A stretch of 64,000 nt of DNA from a virus: the IMG/VR virus record IMGVR_UViG_3300042888_002665; one strand, given 5' to 3'. Numbering within the stretch: position 1 is the stretch's first letter; every line of letters starts with the position of its first letter. This document shows positions 23,783 through 34,286 of the stretch, piece after piece. The notes beneath the pieces are model-generated. The model did not search any database, was not told where the DNA came from, and saw only the letters and a program-made list of their open reading frames with translations. The position numbers and the translations under genes are program-made.

Positions 23783-24277
23783 CTATTTATTATAATTTTT
23801 TAAGTATTCATAGAATTCTAAAGTAGTACCATCGAATTCTCCTGCTAATTCATTAATTAAATCTATACGAGACAATTTATCGGGCCCCAAATGTCTGAAG
23901 TCTCCTGCTAACTCGCCTACTAATTCTGACCATATTTTTGGTTCTTCCTTATCGAATGCGTTCATTAATTTATGGTAACGATCGTATTGTTGTTTTTCGA
24001 TTACTTCTTTACGATTTGACCAGGCTTCATGAGATGGGTACTTAGAACGTTCGGTTTTTAATCGATCGTCTAATAACCACAACTCATAAAATGCTTGATG
24101 TCTGTAATCAGATATTTCAAAATCTCCGTTTTTAATTCGTGTTTCCAGTGGAGTATATTTATGCATTGTTTGACGCATTTTAAAACGTCTCCAATAATAA
24201 AATACATTAAAATTTGCTGGTTGGAATTTCGATTCCACCATCTTCTGGATGTTCTTCGGGTAACGGGATGTTTGCAT
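23783..24277 (-). CDS. Hypothetical protein
   Basis: 164 aa ORF in the operon. Confidence 0.7.
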   Translation of the reverse strand: MQTSRYPKNIQKMVESKFQPANFNVFYYWRRFKMRQTMHKYTPLETRIKNGDFEISDYRHQAFYELWLLDDRLKTERSKYPSHEAWSNRKEVIEKQQYDRYHKLMNAFDKEEPKIWSELVGELAGDFRHLGPDKLSRIDLINELAGEFDGTTLEFYEYLKNYNK

Positions 24278-24413
24278 TATCTAATGTGTTTAAAACCTTA
24301 TCAGCGAGGCCATTTACAAATTCAAATCGCTGTTCTTCAGGAATTTGATTGATGTCTATAACATCAATTTCTTCCTTCAGTTTTGTTAATTCTTTTAATA
24401 AGTCGTCTAACAT
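24207..24413 (-). CDS. Hypothetical acidic protein
   Basis: 68 aa; overlaps the next ORF by about 70 nt, so one of the two starts may be mis-set. Confidence 0.55.
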   Translation of the reverse strand: MLDDLLKELTKLKEEIDVIDINQIPEEQRFEFVNGLADKVLNTLDNANIPLPEEHPEDGGIEIPTSKF

Positions 24414-24433
24414 AATAAATTTAATTGAGAAAA

Positions 24434-26158
24434 TTATCCTTCACACGCAATACAAGACGCTGTACGATCTAAATTATCACCACGTAAAACAGATTCTGTA
24501 CGTAAGTAATATAATGTTTTAATACCAGCTTTATGGGCTTCTTTATGTACTTCTGACATCCAACGTGGTGTATCGTTTGGATCAAAACATAAATTTAATG
24601 ATACTGTTTGATCAACATACTGTTGACGAATACCAGCTTGGCGTACAATTTCTAATTGATTAATTTCTTTAAATGTACGGAATACTTCTTTTTCTTCGTC
24701 TGATAGAATGTGTTCTTGTACTCCATAAACTGAACCTTGATCTTTAGCGATTTGATCCCATACTGAAGTGATATTAAATCCTTTAGATTCGAGTAATTGC
24801 TCTAGTATTGGATTCTTTTTAATAAATACGCCTTTAGCAGTTTTTAAATTATAAATATTTGCTGGTAATGGCTCAATTGATGGAGAAACACCACCTGAAA
24901 TGTGTGCATTCGATACTGTAGGAGCAATTGCCATTCTATGTGAATGTCTTACGCCTGTACCTTTACACCATTCTGGCTCGCCATATTCTACAGCCATATC
25001 TTTAGATGCTTTTAATGATTCGGCATCAATGAATGAGAATATTTCACGTGTATAAGCGTTTGCTTGAATTCCAACAAATGGAACACCTTTTGCTTGTAGG
25101 AATGTATGCCATCCTAAAGCGCCAATACCAATTGCTCTACCTTTCATTGCTGAACGTACTGTATTTTCCATAAAACGGATATTTTTAGCACGATCAATAA
25201 ATTCTTGTAACACACCTTCTAAGAACCAAGTCGCTAATTCAGGAACAGACATACCATTATCAAAACGATAATCTTTCCATTCATCATAACGAGCTAAATT
25301 CAATGATGATAAACAACAAATGAATGAATGTAATGGATCTGTATATAATACAATTTCAGAACAGATATTAGTCATTGTAACTTCTAAGTTCAATTTCTTA
25401 TATCCTTCAGGATTAGCTTTATTTACATTATCTTTAAACATAATGTATGGCTCGCCTGTTTCTAAACGTGTACGTAAAATTTCACCCCAAATCTTTAATG
25501 AATGTGGATCGCGATCTTCTACTTTCTGCATAAATACATCATCAACAACTACACAATGGTGTGTGTTTAGACATTGACGATTAACATCACCTTTTGGACG
25601 GCGCATCATTAAAAATTCCTCAATGTCTGGATGATTAATATCCAAATTAAATGAAGCTGCTCCACGACGAACTGATCCTTGATTTGTAGCTAGTATCGTT
25701 GAATCATAAATTTTAGCCCAAGGTATAATACCTTCACTTACACCATTACCTGTAATTCTAGCACCACGTCCACGAATACGAGATAGCGACATACCAACAC
25801 CACCACCTTGAGATGATAATCTCATTAGTTCGGAATTGGCTGATGCAATTCCTTCTACAGAATCATCAACATCAATTCCATAACATGAGATAGGCAATCC
25901 ACGTTCAGTACCCATATTTGAAAGTACTGGTGATGCTAAGCATAACCAATTCTTCACCATGGCCTCATAGAAGAATGGTTGAAGATCTTTACGACGTAAC
26001 CTACGAGCAGCAGATTTAGACACACGTTTAAAACCATCGAATACGCTTTCATCTGATAATAAGTATCCCTTAGAGATCATACTTAATGCGATATCATCCA
26101 TCCATTCGGGATAATCTTTTCCTACAACCCATTTGCGGGTATCAACTGTTATGCTCAT
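24434..26158 (-). CDS. nrdA: Ribonucleotide reductase class Ia alpha subunit (no ATP cone)
   Basis: LPISCY, GGGVG, RRGAA, TNICSEI, CCLSSLN, AIAPTVS, TLYYLR and C-terminal CIACEG. Confidence 0.96.
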   Translation of the reverse strand: MSITVDTRKWVVGKDYPEWMDDIALSMISKGYLLSDESVFDGFKRVSKSAARRLRRKDLQPFFYEAMVKNWLCLASPVLSNMGTERGLPISCYGIDVDDSVEGIASANSELMRLSSQGGGVGMSLSRIRGRGARITGNGVSEGIIPWAKIYDSTILATNQGSVRRGAASFNLDINHPDIEEFLMMRRPKGDVNRQCLNTHHCVVVDDVFMQKVEDRDPHSLKIWGEILRTRLETGEPYIMFKDNVNKANPEGYKKLNLEVTMTNICSEIVLYTDPLHSFICCLSSLNLARYDEWKDYRFDNGMSVPELATWFLEGVLQEFIDRAKNIRFMENTVRSAMKGRAIGIGALGWHTFLQAKGVPFVGIQANAYTREIFSFIDAESLKASKDMAVEYGEPEWCKGTGVRHSHRMAIAPTVSNAHISGGVSPSIEPLPANIYNLKTAKGVFIKKNPILEQLLESKGFNITSVWDQIAKDQGSVYGVQEHILSDEEKEVFRTFKEINQLEIVRQAGIRQQYVDQTVSLNLCFDPNDTPRWMSEVHKEAHKAGIKTLYYLRTESVLRGDNLDRTASCIACEG

Positions 26159-26174
26159 TTTTTATTATTTTATA

Positions 26175-27122
26175 TTATAAATCTGACCAATCCGCTACCG
26201 ACTTCGAATAAGACGAAGGTCGTTGCGCAAAGAAATCTTGTTGTTCTACTCCTGATGTAATTTGACCAAACCAAGCGATCTCGTCTAATAATTTTTCATT
26301 CACATCATATAATGGTTTATAACCTAATTCAATCATTTTTTCATTGGCTCTAGCGCGAATGAAATTCTTTAATTGCTCCTTAGTTAAATTTTCTAAGTCG
26401 CCCATTTCAAATACTTTATTGATAAATGCAAATTCTAATTCTACTGAAATAGCGCATGCTGTTTTAATACGTTCCTGCAAATCGATTGTATTTAACTCAG
26501 GGCGTTCTTTTAATAATTGAGTAAATAACCAACATCCAGCTTTTGAATGTAATGATTCATCTCTAACACTCCACGCAACGATTTGTCCCATTCCTTTCAT
26601 CAGATTTCTCATTTGAAATGACATTAGGATAGCAAACGATGAAAATAAATTAACACCTTCAGTAAATGCTGAGAATATAGCTAATGATTGTGCTATTTCA
26701 TCCATTGTACCTGATTTTACTTGTTGTAGTCGCTCAATTTTATTACGAGCTTCTTCATCGTCCATGAATGCAGCAAAATCATCTAAACCTAATGATTCGT
26801 TTAGTAATGAATACGCTTCGGCATGAATTGATTCAAATGAACCAAATGTAACAGCCATTGATTGAATTTCTGGTTTTGGAAACCAATGCGATACATTAGA
26901 TGACCAATAATCCTCAACGTGTGTTTCAGTCTGAGCAAATGATTTTAATATTTGTCCGATTAGATTTTTTTCTGATTCGGTTAATTTTAATTTAAAGTCA
27001 TTAACGTCGGACGCTAATGTAACTTCTTCGGGTAACCAATGCACACGTTGCTGTTGTTTTAAAAATTCATGTGCTTGGTCGTATTCAAACGGCTTGTAAA
27101 ATAAGCGCTTATCTGTGATCAT
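26175..27122 (-). CDS. nrdB: Ribonucleotide reductase class Ia beta subunit
   Basis: HWLPEEV, ESIHAEAY, EGVNLFSSF and RDESLH di-iron motifs. Confidence 0.96.
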   Translation of the reverse strand: MITDKRLFYKPFEYDQAHEFLKQQQRVHWLPEEVTLASDVNDFKLKLTESEKNLIGQILKSFAQTETHVEDYWSSNVSHWFPKPEIQSMAVTFGSFESIHAEAYSLLNESLGLDDFAAFMDDEEARNKIERLQQVKSGTMDEIAQSLAIFSAFTEGVNLFSSFAILMSFQMRNLMKGMGQIVAWSVRDESLHSKAGCWLFTQLLKERPELNTIDLQERIKTACAISVELEFAFINKVFEMGDLENLTKEQLKNFIRARANEKMIELGYKPLYDVNEKLLDEIAWFGQITSGVEQQDFFAQRPSSYSKSVADWSDL

Positions 27123-27123
27123 A

Positions 27124-27384
27124 TTATTTAAACGAGTTAATAGTTGAGGTTAATGCTGCTTGTGTAGTTCCGCCTACAATACGTTTTACTTCCTGTCCAT
27201 TTTTTTCAATAACGATAGTAGGAACACCTCGTACTTTGTATTGTATAGCTAATGCAGAATCTGCGTCAACATCAACATCTTGGAATGAAACTCCATCGAC
27301 TGTTGATTTAACTTGTTCAAATATTGGTGCCAGCACTTTACATGGTCCACACCATGATGCTGAAAATTTGGTAACTTTTATCAT
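27124..27384 (-). CDS. trxA: Thioredoxin
   Basis: WCGPCK. Confidence 0.95.
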   Translation of the reverse strand: MIKVTKFSASWCGPCKVLAPIFEQVKSTVDGVSFQDVDVDADSALAIQYKVRGVPTIVIEKNGQEVKRIVGGTTQAALTSTINSFK

Positions 27385-27441
27385 AAATTTTATTTTAATT
27401 TTTTAAGGTGCAGATATAAATACAATATATACTAACGATAA

Positions 27442-28830
27442 TTAAGAAGGAGTCGCAAGTTCAAAAAACTTCTTTCGTAGATAATCTTTATCATCGTGGT
27501 CGAAGTCTTGTTTAGTTCTTTGTGGAGATTGTTGTGGAGAATCCGACTCTTCATCTTCGACATATTCTCCAGTAATGCGAGTTATACCTGTAGACCCTTC
27601 AAAATCACAATTAAAAGTAATACCATCTGTACCATAACGATTTTTAATAATATGCCAACGAGAAGTGTTATCTACTTTATCTTTTCGTAAACGTGATGTA
27701 GAAATAATAATATCACCAATCATGATTTTGTCATATGATCCAGCAGCTTTATCACCCTCTACTACTTTATCAGCAGCACCTGAACGATTTACTTGTGATG
27801 GTGATACAATCGGAATACCTAATTCCTTAGCTAATCCTTTAGCATCAGTATAGATATCATCTAAATCATCTTTACGTTCATTTCTAGCGCGTTGACGATT
27901 TTTTAATAAATCTAAATAATCAATAAAGATAACATCGGGTCTAAAATTATGTTGGTTCCATAATTGGTCCAAATGGCGCTCAATATCATCTAATGATGCA
28001 CGTTTTGGTGGATATTCCTTAATAATTAATTTACCTGCTAATCCTTTAGTAGCATCTTCGATTTTAACTCGATGTAATGGTAATTGATCAACTGGAATTC
28101 CTAATAGATTAGCATCAAAACGTTGTCCGACATATCCTTCACCTAATTCTAATGTGTAATATACTACTTTACCACCTAATTTAGCAGCTTCTAACGCCAT
28201 CGAAATTGCAGCCCATGATTTACCAGAACCAGGCCCGCCAAAGAATATAATTAAATCACCTTTACCATAACCACCTTGCGTAATTGAATTAATCTGTGGC
28301 CAAGGTGTTGGAATAACACGTCTATCGTCTGGTCTATAACGTGCTTCTACATCTAATTCATAATCGTGTCCTGTATTTTTTTCTTGTGATGTAACGATTG
28401 CTTTAGAAATTAATGAGCGAATTGATTCGTAATCACCATCATTTAATAAATCAACAGATGTCATAATTGCTTTCTTCATCTGTTGGTTTTGACAGAATTT
28501 TAGAAATTCCTGCTCGATGTATTCTTTATCGTGTGCTTGATCAGCCATTTTATAGGCTTCCTTTAATTCCTCAACAACAGCAATCTTTAATACATCATTA
28601 TCTTCTTTTTTTACTTCGATCTGAAGTGCCTCCATCGTAGGAGTAGTATGGAATTCGTCGAAGTATTTATTTAATTTAGTTACAATCCACTTTCTGGCTG
28701 TATTTTCAAAATACTCATCTGTAACTGAATCTGATACATCTACTAGAAATTTTCTATCCGTTAATAACAAACCTAATACTTTGGTTTGAAACGAATTCCC
28801 GTACTTATCTAAACTATCTAGTGCTGTCAT
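27442..28830 (-). CDS. Replicative DnaB / T4 gp41-like helicase
   Basis: GGPGSGKS Walker A, IFIDYLDLL Walker B, SQVNR and KNRYG. Confidence 0.92.
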   Translation of the reverse strand: MTALDSLDKYGNSFQTKVLGLLLTDRKFLVDVSDSVTDEYFENTARKWIVTKLNKYFDEFHTTPTMEALQIEVKKEDNDVLKIAVVEELKEAYKMADQAHDKEYIEQEFLKFCQNQQMKKAIMTSVDLLNDGDYESIRSLISKAIVTSQEKNTGHDYELDVEARYRPDDRRVIPTPWPQINSITQGGYGKGDLIIFFGGPGSGKSWAAISMALEAAKLGGKVVYYTLELGEGYVGQRFDANLLGIPVDQLPLHRVKIEDATKGLAGKLIIKEYPPKRASLDDIERHLDQLWNQHNFRPDVIFIDYLDLLKNRQRARNERKDDLDDIYTDAKGLAKELGIPIVSPSQVNRSGAADKVVEGDKAAGSYDKIMIGDIIISTSRLRKDKVDNTSRWHIIKNRYGTDGITFNCDFEGSTGITRITGEYVEDEESDSPQQSPQRTKQDFDHDDKDYLRKKFFELATPS

Positions 28831-28852
28831 TTATAACCTTTATTTATAACTT

Positions 28853-29884
28853 TTATTGCTTCCAATCTAATGAGGAAAAATTCTCTATCAACCATCCTTG
28901 CCAATTTACACGCTCATTTAATTGATCATCCTCCGTCATTTCAACGAAATTTCCTATGTTCAGTGATGGTGGTGCATTTTCAACTGCATCATCAACAATG
29001 CGCTTATCCTCGTCGTCTATGTTCGGATCTTTTAATGACATTAATTGATAATTAATACCTAATTGGCGCTCAAATTGAATGATTTTAGTATATAATTGAT
29101 TTTTATCTTCATTTTCTTTTGCTTTATGTAACATGTATTCTAAATCAATAGGAATAGAATCCATTAATTCAGGATATAACTTAAATACTTTTTTAGGACC
29201 TAATCCCTGTATTCCAGGAACGTTATCGCCAGAATCCCCTAATAACATTTTGTAGTTGATAAAGTTATTTGGATGTACAAAATATTCTTCTAGTACATCA
29301 TCAGCTCGGTATGTTTTCTTCTTAGTTGGCGAATATATTTCTGTTTTATCTGATACCAATTGTAGAAAATCCTTATCAGCAGACATAATCGTTACTTTAT
29401 CTGTTTCTGGATCTGCTTCAAATTTTTTAACTAAATATCCCATCACATCATCGGCTTCAATTTTAGGAATACAAATCATCGATACTGGTAATTGAGTGCA
29501 GTATTCAATTAATCGTCCCATTTGATTAGCCATTGATTCGCTTTCTTCTTTTTTATCGCCAAATACTTTCCAATTAGTTACTTTTAAATTAGTGCGATTT
29601 GCTTTATAATCAGAATATAGATATTTTTTATTAGTGGAATTGCCTTGCCCATCAAATACTAAAATAACCCTAGTCGGTTGGTATAGCTTAATAGCATAAC
29701 CAACCGATTTAAGGAAGCCAACAAGACCACCTACATGGTGGCCGTTGGGGTTTAAGTGCTGAATAATAGCAAATGAGCGTAGGAATGTATTCATTGAATC
29801 TACAACAAGTACTCTAGCATTTTTTGAATTATTCTTATCTGCGCTTAATTCAGAAAATAATTTATTCAGGAATTCTTTATCCAT
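28853..29884 (-). CDS. 5'-3' exonuclease / RNase H (T4 rnh / PolA N-terminal-like)
   Basis: VDSMN, VFDG, YKANR, EADD, SADKDFLQL and GDSGDNVPGIQGLGPK. Confidence 0.92.
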   Translation of the reverse strand: MDKEFLNKLFSELSADKNNSKNARVLVVDSMNTFLRSFAIIQHLNPNGHHVGGLVGFLKSVGYAIKLYQPTRVILVFDGQGNSTNKKYLYSDYKANRTNLKVTNWKVFGDKKEESESMANQMGRLIEYCTQLPVSMICIPKIEADDVMGYLVKKFEADPETDKVTIMSADKDFLQLVSDKTEIYSPTKKKTYRADDVLEEYFVHPNNFINYKMLLGDSGDNVPGIQGLGPKKVFKLYPELMDSIPIDLEYMLHKAKENEDKNQLYTKIIQFERQLGINYQLMSLKDPNIDDEDKRIVDDAVENAPPSLNIGNFVEMTEDDQLNERVNWQGWLIENFSSLDWKQ

Positions 29885-30005
29885 TGTCTTGTTGTTCTAT
29901 TATTGACATAATTTCTCTAGTTAAAGAACCTGCGGTTTTAGTGCCATCAAGACTCCAACGTATAATAGCAGCTTCTATAACACTATATAATTCATCTTTA
30001 TTCAT
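29877..30005 (-). CDS. Small hypothetical protein (42 aa)
   Basis: MNKDELYSVIEAAIIRWSLDGTKTAGSLTREIMSIIEQQDNG; overlaps both neighbours by 8 nt. Confidence 0.6.
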   Translation of the reverse strand: MNKDELYSVIEAAIIRWSLDGTKTAGSLTREIMSIIEQQDNG

Positions 30006-31104
30006 TATCTAGTTCATCATCAATAGCAATTGTTGGAGCGATGTTTTTACCTTCATCCCATTCACTGCTATCTTCAGTAATTTGTAGATCATCCACATCT
30101 GTTAGTCCGTTGAACCACTCACGTGCATGTTCTTTCTTGTATTTAGCAATCGCATTTGGTGTATCGCTAATAAAACCATGTGGAGTAACAATAATAGTAG
30201 AAGCAGTTGCTACACCACAATCAGCGTGGATCTTATCAATCGCTATTTTAGTACGTTTAGCAAATTCTACTGATTTACCGTCTTTAACTGCTTTGATCTT
30301 AGACGTACCTGAATTAGTTACGTTACCATAAGTAATAACAACAGCAGCATCCCAATACATTGTATCTCCACCTTTATTAGTACGTTTAGGTTGTGCCATC
30401 GGCATCATAGCCGGCTGAACACCTGTCTTATTAATAACGAAGAATGTATTCGTGTATGGGTATTTTTCCTTACGCGATAATGGAAATTGCTGATTGATAA
30501 AGTTACCAAATTGAGTAGCCATCGCACCTGCATTCCACATTGGATTGTTCTTGCCTTGATCTACACTCATTTGACATGGAAGTGATCCAACTGAATCCCA
30601 TAGAAATAATAAATCGTATGGTAAACGTCCTTTTGCTTGCTCGTTTAAAATATCTGAAATAAATGCGGCCACATCTTCAATACAACCGATAGAGCCTCTA
30701 TCAATGTAAAGAAAAAAACCATCATAATCAATTACTTCACCTGTATCTTCATCTGGAATAGCGGTTAATTCTAATCCCATTTTTTGTGCATGAGAAAAAT
30801 CCCATTTCATTTCCGAAATAATAAATACAGGCAATATGCCCATTTTCTGAGCAGTAACAGCAGTTTCAATAAGTAAAGTTGTTTTACCTGTATCAGAACC
30901 TCCACGCGCAATCGTAATTTGTCCCATTGGCACACCAGGAATAGAAAGTGCGTCTTTTACTGCTGGAGTAAATGGGATCCATTTTTGTTCTTTAAATTTA
31001 GTAGTCTGATCTAAGTATTTAGATTTCTTAAATGCAGATAAGTTAAATTTAGACTTGTCACCCAAAATATGGGTGACAGTCTCGGATGGTGATTTTTTAG
31101 CCAT
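29998..31104 (-). CDS. uvsX: RecA/UvsX-like recombinase
   Basis: GGSDTGKTT, LWDSVGSL and KGGDT. Confidence 0.88.
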   Translation of the reverse strand: MAKKSPSETVTHILGDKSKFNLSAFKKSKYLDQTTKFKEQKWIPFTPAVKDALSIPGVPMGQITIARGGSDTGKTTLLIETAVTAQKMGILPVFIISEMKWDFSHAQKMGLELTAIPDEDTGEVIDYDGFFLYIDRGSIGCIEDVAAFISDILNEQAKGRLPYDLLFLWDSVGSLPCQMSVDQGKNNPMWNAGAMATQFGNFINQQFPLSRKEKYPYTNTFFVINKTGVQPAMMPMAQPKRTNKGGDTMYWDAAVVITYGNVTNSGTSKIKAVKDGKSVEFAKRTKIAIDKIHADCGVATASTIIVTPHGFISDTPNAIAKYKKEHAREWFNGLTDVDDLQITEDSSEWDEGKNIAPTIAIDDELDNE

Positions 31105-31949
31105 TATTGAAATAATTCGTCGAATTTATCTGATGAGTTTGTGTTCAAAGAAAACGCTGATTTTTCTTGTTCTGTTACTTGATTATCATTAACCCAATCT
31201 GATTGTACTGAGGGTAATGGGTCTGCAGGTGTTGGAGCAGGAGCAGCAGGTGCTGCTTGTTCTTCTTCAGCTTCTGGATTTAACCATTTAGCTAATAATT
31301 CCTTAATATCATTGTATTCGCGTTTGCGATTAATAGTCATGATATCAGGTTGTTCTTCTAGCCACTTATTAATCTGATTAATATCTTCCGAAATTGGTGA
31401 CGCTTTTGGACGAGGACGTAATGTACAGCTAACTACCTTACGACCAGCAACTTCTGCTGCTACTGCATCGATTTTAAAATCAAATCCTTCTTGGATATCA
31501 GTAAAATCACCATAATCCTCATCTGCCGCAAATCCTAGCAATGATTTGTATACTTCCTTACCGAATTCCCATAAACGAACTCCTAAATGTTCTTCGCCAC
31601 GAACAACAACAGGAACAAATACACGCATTTTTGGATCTAACTTCTTAGCTAATGCCCAGTTGTCGCGATCTTTTGATTGACGTAATTTTGCTGCAAATTC
31701 CATAATTGGATCTGCTTCTCCAAAGTTGTTTAGAGCTAAAACCGGACCTTTAGCGAATCCATAATGGAAATATACTTCCTTAAATGGGTTTTGCTTATTT
31801 GATTTTGCGGGTACGATGCGGATCGTATAATTGCCTACCTGAGGCTTCCAGAACACTTTCGTGTAGTCGATTTTTTCGTAAGTCTTACCACCACTGTTTT
31901 TGGGTGCGTTAAGGTTACCTAATTTTTGCTTTAATAAAGCTAAATCCAT
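31104..31949 (-). CDS. T4 gp32-like ssDNA-binding protein
   Basis: FWKPQVG..IRIVP, EVYFHY, VRLWEFGKEVY, GDFTDIQEGFDF and acidic tail SDKFDELFQ. Confidence 0.85.
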   Translation of the reverse strand: MDLALLKQKLGNLNAPKNSGGKTYEKIDYTKVFWKPQVGNYTIRIVPAKSNKQNPFKEVYFHYGFAKGPVLALNNFGEADPIMEFAAKLRQSKDRDNWALAKKLDPKMRVFVPVVVRGEEHLGVRLWEFGKEVYKSLLGFAADEDYGDFTDIQEGFDFKIDAVAAEVAGRKVVSCTLRPRPKASPISEDINQINKWLEEQPDIMTINRKREYNDIKELLAKWLNPEAEEEQAAPAAPAPTPADPLPSVQSDWVNDNQVTEQEKSAFSLNTNSSDKFDELFQ

Positions 31950-32003
31950 AATATAACTATTTAAGTTTTAAAAATTGTACTCGGTAATGGTAATTGAGAA
32001 ATC

Positions 32004-32438
32004 CTACAGATTAATTATCTTGTGGATTTTTGTTTGAATGATATTTAAATCATTATTTTGAATTAACAAGATTGAATTTTTATAATCCAACCACGTAATG
32101 CGATAATTGGTATCTAATATACCACTGTTCAAAGACTTGATTAATGCGTTTAATGCATTTATTGTATATAACGTATTTGACTCTTTTTTACGATGTAGCA
32201 ATATTGTGTTAGGTAACACTGATTGTTGCTCCATATTGAATGTATCTATATTATAAGTACAGACATATTCTTCAGTCGACAGCGATTCCAACACAAATAT
32301 TTTAGAATATAAAATAGTATATTTAGTCGTTAAAGTATTTAGAGTATTATCTAATTCTTCAGGAGCCGTGAATGTGCAGAATAGCTTATTAGCCATTAAA
32401 AATGTATTGTTAAATAAATCGTAACTTAAGTCTAACAT
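32004..32438 (-). CDS. Conserved-looking hypothetical protein; likely start at 32396 (MANKLFCTF)
   Basis: The track ATG lies within a TATTTATG motif; the downstream ATG has a normal context. Confidence 0.7.
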   Translation of the reverse strand: MLDLSYDLFNNTFLMANKLFCTFTAPEELDNTLNTLTTKYTILYSKIFVLESLSTEEYVCTYNIDTFNMEQQSVLPNTILLHRKKESNTLYTINALNALIKSLNSGILDTNYRITWLDYKNSILLIQNNDLNIIQTKIHKIINL

Positions 32439-32449
32439 AAATATATGAT

Positions 32450-33745
32450 TTATTCTATTTCTGCGTAGTTGTGTCCAGACTTCGTGGAGTAATTAAACTT
32501 CAGTAGCGAAGTTATGCTATCTAATAAATTTTCCGACGAATCATAATCCAATAATATAGAATCGTATGTGTATAATATAATTTTTGTTTTCTTATCTTTA
32601 AGTAAATTAACAACAGCTGAAAACTGCACTACATTAAATACGGTTTCTGTATTTTGGACAATATAATTAAGTAATTTTTGTGGTGTTGGGTTTTCAATCA
32701 TTTCTTTAGTGAAACGTTTACCGAATTGTGTACCAATTCCAATCAGTTCTTCATTCCATAATTTATTTGTATAACGATTTACATCAGAAAAGAATGGTTT
32801 ATCTTGGAAGTCCTTTCTAACGCCACCATATAATTGTTGAAATACTAATTCCTTAATTGTTTCAGGTGTTGATCCGGGGAATTGAAGCGATAATTGTTCG
32901 TATATGTTTCCTGTAAATTCATATCCCGCTAATTTAGCGATAATAGTTGGGTGATATGCTTTAAAATCTATTTCAACTAACGTATCGTTTTCTGGAATAA
33001 ATGCAGCACGTTCACCATTTGTTTTATTTAATGCCGCAAAATTAACACCATTAAATGCATTTGATGGTCTTCCAGTTAATGTATATAAATTATATTGTGT
33101 GTATATTTTACCTTTAGATACTGAAAATTTAGGGTTGGGTAATGTTTTAAAATGCTCAATGAATGGTTCCTTTGATAATTTAATACCTTGCTTTTCAATA
33201 TTGTAAAATAATGGAGCAATGTAGTGATTCAAGAATGCATATGGCTCTAAATCTTCACTAATTTTATTTATTGTTTGCTCAATATGATCATATATATTTT
33301 CATATTTTTCATAATGTTTTGCTATAGGAATTAGTGTTGATGGTGCTTCAGTATAGTATTTGCGTTTGAAATCCGTTTCAACTTTTGATTCGTATTGCTC
33401 AATATTAATTTCTTGATAGTGTTGATATGAGTTAATCAGTTGCACATCAATTAATTGAGGACTCAACGTGGGGAAATGGTGTAACACCGCTTTCTTATCT
33501 AATGTATATAGATTATTGACTTTAGATAGTTTGTCGAGTATATCGGTGATTGATAACGATAGTGATTCGGAATGGTTTACACATAAAATGTACCCTTTAT
33601 GTCCTTTAATCCATCTAACATAAATTAGGCTGATGTTTTGTAAAGCAGGATGATAGTTTTCATTCGTTGCAATAATATGAATGAATGTATCTTCACCAAT
33701 ATGTAACTGATCTAATTGATCTTGTTTTTCAATAATATAAAACAT
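32450..33745 (-). CDS. Family A DNA polymerase, short and divergent
   Basis: TLTGRPSN, motif A VEIDFKAYHP, motif B KELVFQQLYGG and motif C YTYDSILLD. Confidence 0.8.
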   Translation of the reverse strand: MFYIIEKQDQLDQLHIGEDTFIHIIATNENYHPALQNISLIYVRWIKGHKGYILCVNHSESLSLSITDILDKLSKVNNLYTLDKKAVLHHFPTLSPQLIDVQLINSYQHYQEINIEQYESKVETDFKRKYYTEAPSTLIPIAKHYEKYENIYDHIEQTINKISEDLEPYAFLNHYIAPLFYNIEKQGIKLSKEPFIEHFKTLPNPKFSVSKGKIYTQYNLYTLTGRPSNAFNGVNFAALNKTNGERAAFIPENDTLVEIDFKAYHPTIIAKLAGYEFTGNIYEQLSLQFPGSTPETIKELVFQQLYGGVRKDFQDKPFFSDVNRYTNKLWNEELIGIGTQFGKRFTKEMIENPTPQKLLNYIVQNTETVFNVVQFSAVVNLLKDKKTKIILYTYDSILLDYDSSENLLDSITSLLKFNYSTKSGHNYAEIE

Positions 33746-33779
33746 AGCATAACCTTTTACTTAAATGTAGTTAAGAATT

Positions 33780-34286
33780 CTATATAAATTCCAAAATTCC
33801 AGGAAGTTCTCTTTCTATTCTGTTTAATTCTTCTTCTGGAGAATATGGAGGATTCCAAAATATTGAAGTAGTTAAATACAGTGGGTTTGGTTGGGCGTTT
33901 CTATATGTTGTTATATCAACCTCAATTATTGGAGCATCAATTTTATTTTTTTGTTTAATAAAATAACGTTGAGATGGTTCAGTATTTCTACTATATGCAT
34001 ATTTAATTCGAATAATTGGGAAATTATCTTGTTTAATTAAATTCATTATGTTTGGATTATTACGAAGATATACTGGGTCAACGTTACTGATATCATATGC
34101 TGCTTGGTGTAAATTTGATGTATATGGGATCAAAGCTAATGCTGTGGGATTATATTTAGCTCCAATATAATTTTTACCAGCATTTGAGTGATAATATCCA
34201 ACATAGTTTTCATATGTTGCTTCTATTAAAAACTCATCACCTCTAGTATATAAATCTTCTAATAGTCTATTTTTAGGAGGTCTCAT
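33780..34286 (-). CDS. Hypothetical protein (baseplate region)
   Basis: 168 aa; start overlaps the stop of the hub gene. Confidence 0.7.
   Translation of the reverse strand: MRPPKNRLLEDLYTRGDEFLIEATYENYVGYYHSNAGKNYIGAKYNPTALALIPYTSNLHQAAYDISNVDPVYLRNNPNIMNLIKQDNFPIIRIKYAYSRNTEPSQRYFIKQKNKIDAPIIEVDITTYRNAQPNPLYLTTSIFWNPPYSPEEELNRIERELPGILEFI

Noticed and set aside
17229-33745. Introns or inteins in thyA, nrdA, nrdB, helicase or polymerase
   Set aside because: All are continuous ORFs of normal or short length, without intein C/HN motifs or homing endonuclease inserts.
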